Assembly (NCBI GenBank): GCA_963666215.2
Contig: CAXWPL010000005.1
Span: 1,056,001-1,120,000 of the forward strand
DNA length: 64,000 nt
Direction: 5' to 3'
DNA from: Acidobacteriota bacterium
Lineage (GTDB): Bacteria; Acidobacteriota; UBA890; WLXD01
Part shown: piece after piece, positions 39,676 through 50,895 of the stretch
How positions within the stretch are numbered: position 1 is the first letter of the stretch
How the letters are laid out: the number at the start of each line of letters is the position of its first letter
Program-made: the position numbers and the translations under genes
Notes under the pieces: model-generated
Database searches by the model: none
What the model was told of the DNA's origin: nothing
Seen by the model: the letters and a program-made list of their open reading frames with translations, nothing else

Positions 39676-41130
39676 ATGCACCTGCTAGCAACACTGGCGG
39701 CCCTACTCGCGCTCGTCGTGCCAACGCCGCTCACCAGCCCACAACAAACGAACGTCGACTCGGAGCGTCTCGACGCGGCGCGGGCGGCGCTCGCGGACGG
39801 GCGTGTGGCGACGGCGATCGAGATGCTCGCGCGACTCGCGGAGGAAAACCCCGACGCAGCGGTGGTTGCTCTGTACATGGGCCACGCGCTGCGTCTCGAA
39901 GGAGACGCCGACGCGGCGATGACGCAATACCTGCGCGGCCTCGAGATCGAGCCTGCCGAGCCTCACCTGCTGATCGCGCTCGGCGAGATCCACGAGCAGG
40001 GCGGCGATGTCGGGCGCGCGCTGGAGCTCTACAACCAGGCCATCAAAGCAACACCCGACCAACCTCTGGGCTACCGCAAGGCCGCCAACCTCGAGATGAA
40101 TCGAGATGCCCACGCGGCGGCGATCGGCTACCTCGAACCGCTCTCCGAGCTGCTCGATCCGCCCACCGACGCGCTTCTACTGCTCGGTCTCGAGCACTTT
40201 CTCGATCAGCGCTTCGACGAAGCCGCTCTCGCCTACGAGCGCGTGCTGGCACTGGAGCCCGACAACGTCAACGCGCACTACGGCCTGGGGAACCTGCTAA
40301 CCCGGCGACCCGACCAGCTCGAGCTCGCCGTCGATCACCTCCGCCTGGCTGTCGCCGGCGACTCCACAAACGCCAACGCGTACTACCTGATCGGTCGAAC
40401 TCTCGCCGATCTCGAGCGCTTCGACGAAGCCCGCGTTGCGCTCGAGCTCAGCGTCGATCTCGTTCCTGATCGCGCCGATCCCCACTACCGGCTGGCGATC
40501 ATCTACACCCGCCTGGGCGACCACAACGGTGCCCGCCAGCACCAAACGCGGTTCGAGACGCTAACCCAGAGGCGAACCACCGAGGAAGCGCGTCGCAAGG
40601 AACGCACCTTGATCATGAACGAGGTCGCCGCGGTGATCCGCGGCAGCTCCCCGGAGAGCGCCCTCGACGCCGTCGACCGCCTCCTCGACGCCTATCCGGA
40701 CGATAACGAGATCCTGCTGCTGGCGGCCAGCGTGTGGTCGACAACGGGGCGCCTCGAACAGGCGGTCGAGCTCGCCGACCGCGTGCTGGTACGCGACGCA
40801 CGCAGCTGGAAAGCCCACTATGTCCGTGGCCTATCGCTGGCCAACGCCGGCCGCTTCGAGGAAGCCCGCTCCGCGCTGCTCCAGTCGCGCTCCGTCAATC
40901 CGGCCTCCGCGCTCACCCACACGGCGCTCGGCGACGTGGTTCTGCAGCTCGGCGATATCGACACCGCCGTGAAGGCCTTCAAGACCGCGCTTGCACTCGA
41001 GCCCGACGTCGCGCGACATCACCTGAAGCTGGCCAACACCTACCGCCAACTCGGCGATCGCGAGCTCGAACAGCGCCATCGCACTGAACACCGACGTCTC
41101 CTGTACGCGCGCCGCTTGCCGCAACAGTAG
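39676..41130 (+). CDS. Exported tetratricopeptide repeat protein
   Basis: Signal peptide; many A..LG..A..AL..P repeats of about 34 aa. Confidence 0.88.
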   Translation: MHLLATLAALLALVVPTPLTSPQQTNVDSERLDAARAALADGRVATAIEMLARLAEENPDAAVVALYMGHALRLEGDADAAMTQYLRGLEIEPAEPHLLIALGEIHEQGGDVGRALELYNQAIKATPDQPLGYRKAANLEMNRDAHAAAIGYLEPLSELLDPPTDALLLLGLEHFLDQRFDEAALAYERVLALEPDNVNAHYGLGNLLTRRPDQLELAVDHLRLAVAGDSTNANAYYLIGRTLADLERFDEARVALELSVDLVPDRADPHYRLAIIYTRLGDHNGARQHQTRFETLTQRRTTEEARRKERTLIMNEVAAVIRGSSPESALDAVDRLLDAYPDDNEILLLAASVWSTTGRLEQAVELADRVLVRDARSWKAHYVRGLSLANAGRFEEARSALLQSRSVNPASALTHTALGDVVLQLGDIDTAVKAFKTALALEPDVARHHLKLANTYRQLGDRELEQRHRTEHRRLLYARRLPQQ

Positions 41131-41245
41131 TGGCGGGCGCGCTAGACAAGAGAGCCCTTGCGAGCGCACTCGTGCGCTGCGGCCGTCGGGATCCGCCGAC
41201 TGACCTCATGGCAGCCATTCCAGTCCTGTCGAAACCCGGCCAGAG

Positions 41246-44200
41246 TCAACGGTCGAGTACCCTCAACCGCAGCTCGCGGCCATTGGCGCGGATCTCGGGA
41301 ACGTACATCGCCTGTGCGGTAACCGGTAACGCGTGGAACTCACCTGGGACCTCGGCGCGCAGCTCGTAGCGGATTTGCCAGACGCCCTGCGGCAGCGAGT
41401 CGACGAACATCGCGATATTGCGGTCGCGAAGCTCTTGATACACCCAGCGGCGCTCGATCCCGCCGCCACCCGTCGAGCCTCGACTCGCCAAGCGCGTGGC
41501 ACGCCGCGCGCGGGCCGCTTCGTCGGCGGGCGACTCGCCGGCATCCTCGACCATCGCCGCCACGGCGTCGCTGTCGAGCCGCTCGGCCCACAAGCGTTCG
41601 CCGCTGCGAATCTGTACCGCCTCGAGACCGGCCGGCTTGAGATCCTCGAAAAGAAGGTACTCGTAGTTGTTCTTGGTCTCGACATTCAGCACGACCTCCA
41701 CACGATCGCCGCTGTTGAGGGCATCGCCGTCCTCGACCCGCTGGCGTTGGGTGATCACGCCGCTCAGCAGTGTCGGACGCGTGGAGAGTCGGAAGTAGTC
41801 GCGGCGCACGAAGAGCTCGTTGCCTGCGGCGGTCACCGGCTCCTCGAGACTGGTGAAGCGAGCCTCTGCGGACCAGTAGAGGGCGCCGCTGCCGGACGTC
41901 CGACGCAGCTCGATGTGGTTATCACCATCGCGTAGAAGACCCACTTCGACGTCGAAGGTATTGGGAGCCGAGAGCGTGGTCTCGGGTGTAACCGTGCCGC
42001 TGCCGACCGGCGCCCCGTTGACGAGAACGTCGTAGGTGGCCTCGGTGGTCAGCTCACCGCTGGTGCGCAGGTAATCGTTCAGGGCCAGAACAACAATCGC
42101 GGTGTCACGGGTGTTGCTCCACTGCGCGCCACGACGGTTCTTGATGAGCCAGTTGGTCGATAGATCTACCAGCTCGTTGTCGGGATCGATTGCCAGGAAG
42201 GCTCGCAGCGCGAACGCAGTCGCCTCCACGCCACCATCCGACCACCGCCAGTAGAAGCCGTCGTTGCCCCAGTGCGCCGTGCCTGTTGGTGCCGACCCAG
42301 GCTGCGACAACCCCTGCTGGAGAACCGACCGATCGACAGCGCGATCGATCGCCGCGCCGTTCTCGAGGTTTCGAACAACAACCGCGGCACGATCTGCGTC
42401 GCCACTGTGATGCAGCGCCAATGCGAAGAGCGCGCGGGTGTACGCGTTGAGCCGACCGCGTTGGCCCCACAGGTTGTCGATGGCTTTGCGCTGGAGCTCG
42501 CTGGGGCTCGCACCAATCATTGACCGGTATGCAGACAACGCGTGCAGCATCCACGCTTGCATGTCGGGCGCGCGCTCGGCTTCGACCAGCTGCTTGTCGA
42601 GGTAGTCGGCGCCGCGGCTGATCACGCCGGAGCGAACCGTCACGCCTGCCTGTTGCGCCAGCCCAAGGCCCCAGACCGTATAGGCGCTCATGAAGCGATC
42701 GCTGTCGCCCTCTTTCCACCAGCCCCAGCCACCGTCGCGGTGCTGAAAGTCGTAGAGGCGGGCAAGACCACGCTCGATCACCTCATCGAGCTGACCCAGG
42801 TCCGTGGTCCCCTTCGGGTGAGTTTGTACGGCAGTCGCCTGTTCAATACCACCGAAAACTCGTGACATCGCAACTGCCGGATCGAGACCGACCGATCCGA
42901 GTGTGCCTGCCGTGATCACGGCGGGCAGGAAGCGGCTCATCGTCTGCTCGGTGCAGCCGTACGGGTAGTGCACCAGGTAGGGCAACGCATCGAGCATGGT
43001 GACGGCCAGGCTCGGGCTGACAGTGAGGCGCAGCTGCGTGGAATCGACCACTCGCGCAGCCGGCAGGGCGATGGTCGTGCTGGCGACGCTGCCGGTAGCC
43101 TTGCCAGCGGCTGCCACAAGCTTGTCGAGGCCATGCTCGTGCGCCAGGTAACGGCGCTCCATGGCATCGGAAAGCCCGCCGCCAACGCCGCTGACCCGCA
43201 GCTGTACGCTTCCCGCCTGCTCGACGCTCACTGTCCAGTCGACCCGAACTTCGCCGCCGGCGGCGATGGAAACCGCGGGTACCGTGCCGCCGCCGGAGCG
43301 CGAGCCGGAGCTCCAGCTCTGTAGATTCAGCCCCGACACCTGGAGCTCCGGGCTCACCGTCAGATCGCGATCGCTGTTGTTGTTGATGACCGCCGACAGC
43401 GTGGTCGTGTCGCCAACCACGAAGAAGCGCGGCCCTTGTAACCGGACGATGAGTGGCTTCTTCGAGCGCGTCGACGACGAGCCCATCCCGAAGCGGTTGC
43501 CCTCGCTCACCGCTCGAGCCGTGGCGCGCCAGGTCGTTAGCGAATCGGGCATCTTCAACTCGACGGTGGCACGGCCGTCCGCGCCCGTCATGACAGCGGG
43601 CTCCCACAATGCGGTCACGCGGAAGTCCGAGCGCACCTGAACCGCCTGCGGGCCGAGCTCGCCTGCGGCACCACTCACTCGCGACTCCTAGGACTCCAGG
43701 ACGGAGCCAACCGCCCTCATGTCGGCCATCGCCTGCGGCTGCGCGAGGGCGCCACGTCGGGCGCCGCCGCTGATGGCGTCGACGCTCATTCGTTCCTGCG
43801 CGACATTCGATTCGAGATCGGCCCGGAAGCTGCCACTGTCGTCGCCCGACTTGGCGAACGCTAGCCCATCCCGCTCGCGTACCAGGTCGCCATCACGGAG
43901 CTCGAAGCTCTCGAGCCGACTTTGCTCGTTCGAGCCCGCGGTCGTCACCAGGCGACGTCCTCGCGATCCGTAGAAGAAGCGACGCACGTCGCCTGCGAGA
44001 TCACCCTGGATCGAGTACACCGCCTCGTCGATCAAACCGAGCGCCACCTCGGCGGACACCGGTTCGCCCTGGCTATTGAGCGCGCGCACGTTGAGGGTGG
44101 CGGTGTCGCCCGGCAAGTACTGCTCGCGGTCAGCCTCGACCTCTACGGTCAAGAACTGCTTCTCCGGCGGTACAACAACGCGTTCGCTATCGCGGAAGAC

Positions 44201-47128
44201 CTCCGAGTCGGAGAACATCAATGCGTCGAGCCAGACGCTCGGGACGTGCTCCTCGCTCACCGGGAAGCGCAGAAGCTTCACGGTACCGGTGACGTGGACG
44301 AGCTCGTAGTGATGCAGCGTCTCCGACTCGACGCTGAACAGCACGTGGCGGCCGCTCGTGGGCACCGCGATCATTACGGTCGCCATCTCGCCGGCGACGA
44401 GCGTGTCTTTGTCGAGAATGATCTCGAGCCCGCCGTGTCGATAGCCCACCTCGGCGGTTCCCGCACGCGCCGACCAAATGTAGGTTTTGGCTGTCACCGG
44501 CGGCGCGCCGGCATCGGGGCCGATCCAGGCGATGCGATAGTAGCCGTCGTCGGCCGCGTCGAAGCGAAGCTCGCCACGACCAGATGCGTCGATGCTCACG
44601 GCGCGTGACACAACCTGTTCGCTGTCGTAGCCGTTGTCGCGCCAGCGCTGGCGCGTCACCTGCACCGTTCCCGATGCCGCGACCGGGTTGTTGTTGGCAT
44701 CGCGGGCTTCGAGCTCGACAACCACCGAATCGCCAGGCTGGTAGAGATGATGCTCGGCCCGCACTGCGATGCCGTAGCTCTGACGGGTTACCCGAACCGT
44801 GTCCGAGCCGGTCACCTCGCGGCGTGATGCGTCGGTAACCCGGGCCTCGACCCGGAAGCTGAGGTCGCCCTGGCTCCAGCCGGGCGTGCGCAGTGTGAAG
44901 CGCGCTTTGCCTGCCGCGTCGGTCGTTAACGTACGACGCTCGACAACCTGCCCGCCACCGTAGTCGTAGCGCGTGCGCGCCTCGTCGTAGTACCAGGCGT
45001 AGCGCCGCGGCCGTGGGATGTAGAGATTGAACGAGCTCTGCTCGACCACGACCTCGACCGTGGCGCCGGCCACAGGAGCGCCAAACAGGTAGTCGGCCTG
45101 AATCTCGATCGCGACGTCGTCACCAAGCCGGTGTGTCACCGGCGCACCGTCAACCTCGGGAGTCTGAACGCTGACAACGAACTCTGGCAGCTTGTACTCC
45201 TCCAGCCGAAAGAGCGCGGCGCTGCCTACCGATCGCCGGCCGCTGGAGGAGTCGACGAAGAACTGCACCATGTACTGGCCGAGAGGCAGTTCGGAGGACA
45301 GGGCGAGCTCGTCCCAGGCGCTGCCGAAGCCGTTGAGCTCTACCGTGCCGGACGCGATCTCGGTGCCGCGAGGATCGCGGATCTCGTACTCAACGTCGCG
45401 ATCGCCCGGTGTTTCGTACACGCGATCGATCATTCTCCTCGCGACAATCTTCCACTGCACCGTGTCTTCGGGCCGATAGGTGGGGCGATCGGTAAAAGCG
45501 TAGATTCGCCATTCCCCGTCGTCGTCCTGCTGCAGCTGCGCCCGCGTTCGTACGAACGCCTGGCGATCGCCGTCGGACGCCGCGACAAACAACTGGGCAC
45601 TGGAACGTGAAGTTGTCCCGAGCTCCAGGATCGCCAGGCCCTGCTCGGAAGTGCGCCCCTGGACCCTCCGCCAGAGCCATCCGTTCGTGTAGTGCCGCAT
45701 CCACCCACCGACCGCGGCGTTGGCGATCGGCGAGCCATCGACGGAGTCGCCGAAGTACACCAGGGCCTGTCCCTCGGAGGTCTTCACCGCGAGTGAAGCG
45801 TCGGTCACGAGCACCAGCGCACGTGAGCTGAGATCCCCGGCACGCGCCACCACGACATAGGCACCGATCTCACGCCGATCGAGCAGGAGATCTCGAAGTC
45901 CCGGTGCGTTGGGCTCGACATCTTCGGCGAGATCCAGTCGGCGGGTCTCGAGCGGCTCCTTTCCATCTACAGAGATCGAGTGTAGCCAATCGCGGCGTTC
46001 CGTCCCGCGGACGTCCTGAGCCAGCTGCGTCCGGTAAACGGCCAGCTCGACGCTGTCGATGTTGCGCCACTGCAGTCGCGCTCGGAGCTCGGAGCCAGGC
46101 AGAAAAAAGCTGTCTACCGAGAGATCCAACGACGGCATCGTGATCTGCTCGATCTGACGCCCGGCGTCGTCGTAGAAAGCGGTCTCGCCCTCACCGAGCT
46201 CCGAGCGCAGGCGGCTGAAGAGCGCTAGCGCGCCCTCGTAATCGGGTACGGCCTGGTACTCACCGCTGGCTCGCTGAACGGGTCGGCCACGCTGCGACAA
46301 CCAGAGGGCAAGCTGGTACAGGGCGTCGTCGTACCAATCGGTCGTGCGACCGAGGTCGATAACGCCCTCGAGCTCCTCCGGCACACGCTGGAGCTGCTCC
46401 CAGCCCGAGCCGCTCTGCATGAGCCGGCGGGCCAGCAGGTAGCGGCTATGAGCGCGGTCCTCGGCGCTTCTCGCTATACGGACGGCGTTCTCGAATATCT
46501 CCTGCTGGAGCTGATAGCCGTAGTTCGGGTAGGTGCTGTAGCTCGGCTCGAAGTAGCGCGTGAGCCGCCAAACCAGGTCAAGATACCGATCGCGGGCAAC
46601 CTCGAGGTTGGTTGACGATGCCCAACTCTGGAGTGCCTCTTCGTAGTGCGGCCAGGCCTGATTCCAGTCGTGCACATCACGGCGGGTCCACCAGAAGTCG
46701 CCGAGCGATTCGAGCACCGCGATGCGCGTGGCGTCGCGCGGGCCAGGCTCGGGAACGTCGGTGACCAGCGCCTCGAGGCGTCGACGCGCTGAGTCGAGCT
46801 CGGCTCGATCCGAGCCCCGCGTCGCCGACAGCGCTCGCCAGGCCGAATCGGCAATCCGGAAGCCGACCCAGCGAGACTCGGCAGCCGACAGCTCGAGCTC
46901 GGCGGCACGCTCGTAGATTCGTCGCGCGCGCTCGAACGAGCCCTCGGCGTGCAGCCGCTCACCCTCGGCGCGCAACTCGGCGTAGGTATTCAACTGGGTG
47001 GAGTAGGCGGCGCTCGGGATAGGGGAAGACGTTGCTGCCCCAGTCCCGATCGTCCACCCCGACAGCACCAGCAGGGTGCCTGTCAGCAGGGCACCGATGA
47101 CGCAAGCTCGCTTCGTTCGGTCGCTCAT
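41246..47128 (-). CDS. Bacterial alpha-2-macroglobulin with in-frame TAG at 43688-43690
   Basis: FTDRPTYRP, FRLEEYKLPEF, VRSDF, thioester YPYGCTEQT, GGWGWW, AMYVPE. The two ORFs are in one frame, separated by TAG GAG TCG CGA; 1960 aa if read through. Confidence 0.88.
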
Positions 47129-47225
47129 CTAGAGGCCTCGTGTGTGCCAGGGGGGTGGATATCTACTAGGACTGGCGACCCCCACGAAGTTGCACAACGT
47201 GGCGGACGATTTTTCGCCCCCGAGC

Positions 47226-48392
47226 CTACCGAGCGGGTCGAGCAATCGAGCTCTCGATCAGCCGCTTCACCTGCGGCCACTCACTGTCGAGGATGCTGTA
47301 GTAGAACGAATCGCGCAGCGAGCCATCGGGCATGATCATGTGCTGGCGAAACACGCCCTCGGGAACGCCACCGACGCGCTCGATCGCCACCTGCGAGGCC
47401 CGGTTGGCGTGATGTGTCTTGAACTCGACGCGGACGCAATCCCAGACCTCGAAGGCGTGCTGCAGCATCAGGTACTTGCACGCGGTATTGACGTGCGTTC
47501 GCTGCCAGCGCGGCGTGTACCAGGTAGCGCCGATCTCCACACGCCGGTTCTCGGGCGACGCGTTGAGGTAGGAACTGCTGCCCACCGCATCGCCGGACTC
47601 GGTGTCGTAGATCGCGAAGGTCAGGCCGGTGCCGCTGGCGTACAGACGCCTGCCCCACGCCACCAGCGCTGCCATCTCCTCGTCGGAGCTCACCGAGAAG
47701 GGCATGTAGGACCAGAGCTCGGGATGGCAAGCGATAGGCGAGAGGACGTCAACGTGCCCAGGCACCGTCGACGCCGAGGCCGTCGCCTGGAAAAACCGCA
47801 GCACGGGCTCGGCGTGATCGGGCCGCACGCGACGCAGAGCCAAGCCGAACATTACCGCAAAGAAGAGCAACGAGATGAGCTCTCCTTCGGCGGCGGCCTC
47901 GAACGGATTGGCTGGCACGAGCCGCACCAGCCAGGGCACCTCGGCGCCGGCTTCAGCGGAGCTCGCCGGGATCTCGAACCCCCGCATGGCCGCGGCCAGC
48001 TCGGCCCGGCGCGCGGCATCGACAGGGAACGTGGCCGTCGTGACCGTGCCGGCGAAGGCCCCGAGCATCAGGGACGCGACCAAAAGCCCAGCGAAAACGC
48101 AGAGCGTACGGCTCGCATGGCCGCGAGGCGCGTCGCCCTTGAGAGTGCCCGCAACGACGGTGATCAGACTACCTACCAGCAGAGGCAGAACGATAGCGCG
48201 CAACGTCCGCAACCAGAGCTGGCCACCGAGCTCGATCGCTTCGAGCGCCGGCCGAAATGCCTCGGGCGTCGGCTCCTGCAGGAGCACTCCGACAACCACT
48301 CCCGACACCGCGCCGAGCAGAGCCCATACCGAGCCCAGCTGTCGAGTGTCCGTCCCCGCGCCGCGCGCCGGTTCGGTCTCGCCGGCGGTCAC
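47226..48392 (-). pseudogene. In-frame chimera: N-terminal half of a DAACS symporter fused to a RimJ/RimL-type GNAT acetyltransferase
   Basis: LVPANPFEAA..LLFFAVMFGLAL..VLRFFQ switches at about 47760-47767 to HVDVL..PELWSY, VEIGATWY, NRASQVAIERVG, EGVFRQH. Confidence 0.75.
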
Positions 48393-49771
48393 GCTCCCAT
48401 CACCGCGGGCCGATGCGCGGTTGCGGTCGCGGCACCTGTCAGTCGAGCGGTCAGAATGGCAGTTGCCAGGTACGCGATGGAGTTGGCCGTGGTCTTGAAT
48501 ATGTCTGGGATCACTTCTGACGCCTTCACCAAGAGGTACAGCTCCAACGGAATCCCGAGCGCCAAGTAAAAGCCGACTCTCTCCGTGACGCCGAGCCGCG
48601 TCGGCATTCCCGACGAGGCGAAGCTCGTAAGCGTAACGCCTGCCATGAACGAGATGAGCTCGACGGGCGAATACTCGAAGCCGAACAGGTGTGCCAATAC
48701 GACGACACGAAAGACGCTGTCGCTCGGGAGACTGAAGCGCAGCGACGCCGCCGCCAGCGGCAGCGCGAAATCGAGCGCACGGCGGGGCACGCGTAGCGGT
48801 CCGCGCCCTGCCTCCACGAGCGCTGGCAAGGTAGCCAACGAAGAGCGCGTGATGCCGATGAGCTGCGCACGATGCAGGGCGCGCGCCAGCTGGCCCACCT
48901 GATAGCGCCCGGCACCCGGAGTTACCAGAAAAATGATCGCGGTCGGAAGCACGAGCGACGCTGTAAGCAAGGTCGCGTGGTAGGCAACGCCACCCGCCGC
49001 CTCGGGGCCGATGCGGCGCGCCATCGACAGGCCCACCGCGAGAACCCCGAGCGGCGTGAACCGCAGCAGCACGTAGATCAGCGCCATCGAGATCTCGCGG
49101 AAGGCGACGAAGAAACGTCGTACCGACCTCGTTGCCTTGGAGTCGGCACGGCGCAGCGCGATGCCGAACATCAGCGCAAAGAACATCACCTGCAGCAGCA
49201 GTGAGCGGTTCATCGCCGCGGCGAAGGGATTGTCGGGAACGACCTGCTCGACCCAACCACCGAAGCCGGTCACACCGCCCACAGCCTCGGGCTGGGTCAG
49301 TTGACGGGCTCCCGACTCGGTGAGCGCGGCACGGAGCTCATCGGGCGCGGGGAAGACGGCAACCGCAAGACTCCCAAACACGAGTCCGTAGATGACCGAT
49401 ATAAAGAGCAGTCCGGCAACCACGGCGCCGGTCACGACGCCCAGTCGGCCGCGCCCCTGACCACGCGGCTCACTCACGGCCACCACCACCAACGACACTA
49501 CGAGCGGGAAGAACACCATCTCCAAAGTACGAATCCAGAACCGGCCGCAAAGCTCGATGACCGATAGGAGAGGCTCGATCTGCGTCGGCGTATCAACCGG
49601 AAACACCCCACCAACGAGAAGGCCGACCACAAGCGCCAGGAATGACGTTAGTGCCCGAGGGCTTCGTCTCGACGCTGTCGATTCATCGCCGGTTGGCTCG
49701 ACTTCGTCTTCGGGGCGATCGATCGTCGACAACAGTGAGCTCCCAGAGCCATCGGAGGGGCCGCGGCCCAT
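48389..49771 (-). CDS. Dicarboxylate/amino acid:cation symporter (DAACS)
   Basis: VVPDNPFAA, TRSSLATLP, DFALPLAA and PDIFKTTAN motifs. Confidence 0.85.
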   Translation of the reverse strand: MGRGPSDGSGSSLLSTIDRPEDEVEPTGDESTASRRSPRALTSFLALVVGLLVGGVFPVDTPTQIEPLLSVIELCGRFWIRTLEMVFFPLVVSLVVVAVSEPRGQGRGRLGVVTGAVVAGLLFISVIYGLVFGSLAVAVFPAPDELRAALTESGARQLTQPEAVGGVTGFGGWVEQVVPDNPFAAAMNRSLLLQVMFFALMFGIALRRADSKATRSVRRFFVAFREISMALIYVLLRFTPLGVLAVGLSMARRIGPEAAGGVAYHATLLTASLVLPTAIIFLVTPGAGRYQVGQLARALHRAQLIGITRSSLATLPALVEAGRGPLRVPRRALDFALPLAAASLRFSLPSDSVFRVVVLAHLFGFEYSPVELISFMAGVTLTSFASSGMPTRLGVTERVGFYLALGIPLELYLLVKASEVIPDIFKTTANSIAYLATAILTARLTGAATATAHRPAVMGA

Positions 49772-49824
49772 CGCGAGCGTCCTGCCTCGCGCGCGGAGTC
49801 GAGCCCGTTCTCAGGCCGCCAGAA

Positions 49825-49889
49825 GGCCGCGCGTACGATATAGCGCGCGTCGCGGGAACGCCCCCGCGCTATATGCCACGCGCGCGGCC
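49825..49889. repeat. Imperfect inverted repeat upstream of the DAACS operon
   Basis: ATATAGCGCG (49838-49847) / CGCGCTATAT (49865-49874), extended by GGCCGCGCGT / ACGCGCGCGGCC. Confidence 0.6.
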
Positions 49890-49900
49890 GTAACGACGCT

Positions 49901-50380
49901 CTACTTGCGCGCCGCGGCGCGCAGGGCCTGGAGCTTCGCCTGCTGCTCTGGGCGCAGCAGGTTCCTGATGCGGAGCAACAGTTTCAGATGCTCGAGCTTG
50001 ACTCGCTGCTCGAGGCTGAAGATCTTCTCGGCCCGCAACGCCGCCTCGTCGAGCCCGATCCCCTCCTGATCGATTGAGCGCAGCAAGGCAGTCGTCTGCC
50101 CGAGCAGCTCGAGCTGGAGGGGCACAAGCTCCGGCTGGACCTCCGTAATGAGCTCGACGATCTTCGCCTGCTGCTCCCATTCCAGGCCGATCTCGGTCCG
50201 ATAGCTGAAGATCAGCTCGGGCGTGAACAGTCTGTCCTCCACAGATGAGCCCAGCTGCAACTGCAACAACCCGCCGAAAGCAGCAACCGCCGGTTCGGAG
50301 CCACCGGCAGCGCCCATTGCGGCTGGTGCTGGAGAGACACAGACCAACGCCAGGCCGACGAGTGCCACCGCAGCCCTCAT
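49901..50380 (-). CDS. Periplasmic Spy/CpxP-like helical protein
   Basis: Signal peptide; LFTPELI..EIGL..EQ and LLRPEQQAKL (LTxEQ-like); ATGA overlap. Confidence 0.7.
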   Translation of the reverse strand: MRAAVALVGLALVCVSPAPAAMGAAGGSEPAVAAFGGLLQLQLGSSVEDRLFTPELIFSYRTEIGLEWEQQAKIVELITEVQPELVPLQLELLGQTTALLRSIDQEGIGLDEAALRAEKIFSLEQRVKLEHLKLLLRIRNLLRPEQQAKLQALRAAARK

Positions 50381-50895
50381 GGCGCCCCCTCGGGAAACTC
50401 GCGCGGCGCATCGTCGCGAGCCAGCTCGGAAAAGCCCTGGAAATCGCCCAACGCGGGGACACCGTCCCACAGCTCGTCGCCGGGCAGGGCCACCGGATCG
50501 AGCAGAAACGCTGTCGGCGACTCCCAGCCACCGAGCACCGGGTCGGCCAGATAGTCCTGCACCGCCTGCGCCAGCCGCAGCTCGAGGTCCGGCGCGTCGT
50601 TGTCGGGCAAGAGGACAACAACCAACAGCGCCGCCGCCAGACCCATCGGCACAAGCAGCCAGCGGCGCCCGCGCCAACGGTCCATCGCCCAAGCTCTGGG
50701 CGCACGACCCCGTGCCGCAACGGAATCCGCCGCGGCCCGGCCGCCAGGCGCGCCCGCCACCCCAACGGCTGTCGTCAGCGCCGCTCGAGCACGCTGCAAA
50801 GCCCGGGCAGCGTCGGGGACCCGGAGCTCGACCTCCTGCCGCAGATGATCGAAATCCGCGCGCAAATCGTCGTTAGACCGCGGCTGTTTCTTCAT
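50377..50895 (-). CDS. Probable single-pass anti-sigma factor
   Basis: Overlaps the ECF gene; one TM; ESPTAFLL motif after the TM. Confidence 0.6.
   Translation of the reverse strand: MKKQPRSNDDLRADFDHLRQEVELRVPDAARALQRARAALTTAVGVAGAPGGRAAADSVAARGRAPRAWAMDRWRGRRWLLVPMGLAAALLVVVLLPDNDAPDLELRLAQAVQDYLADPVLGGWESPTAFLLDPVALPGDELWDGVPALGDFQGFSELARDDAPREFPEGAP

Noticed and set aside
3410-47767. Shared recombination motif at the deletion junctions
   Set aside because: Only short GGGC/GGCGG-like matches, as expected by chance at this GC content.
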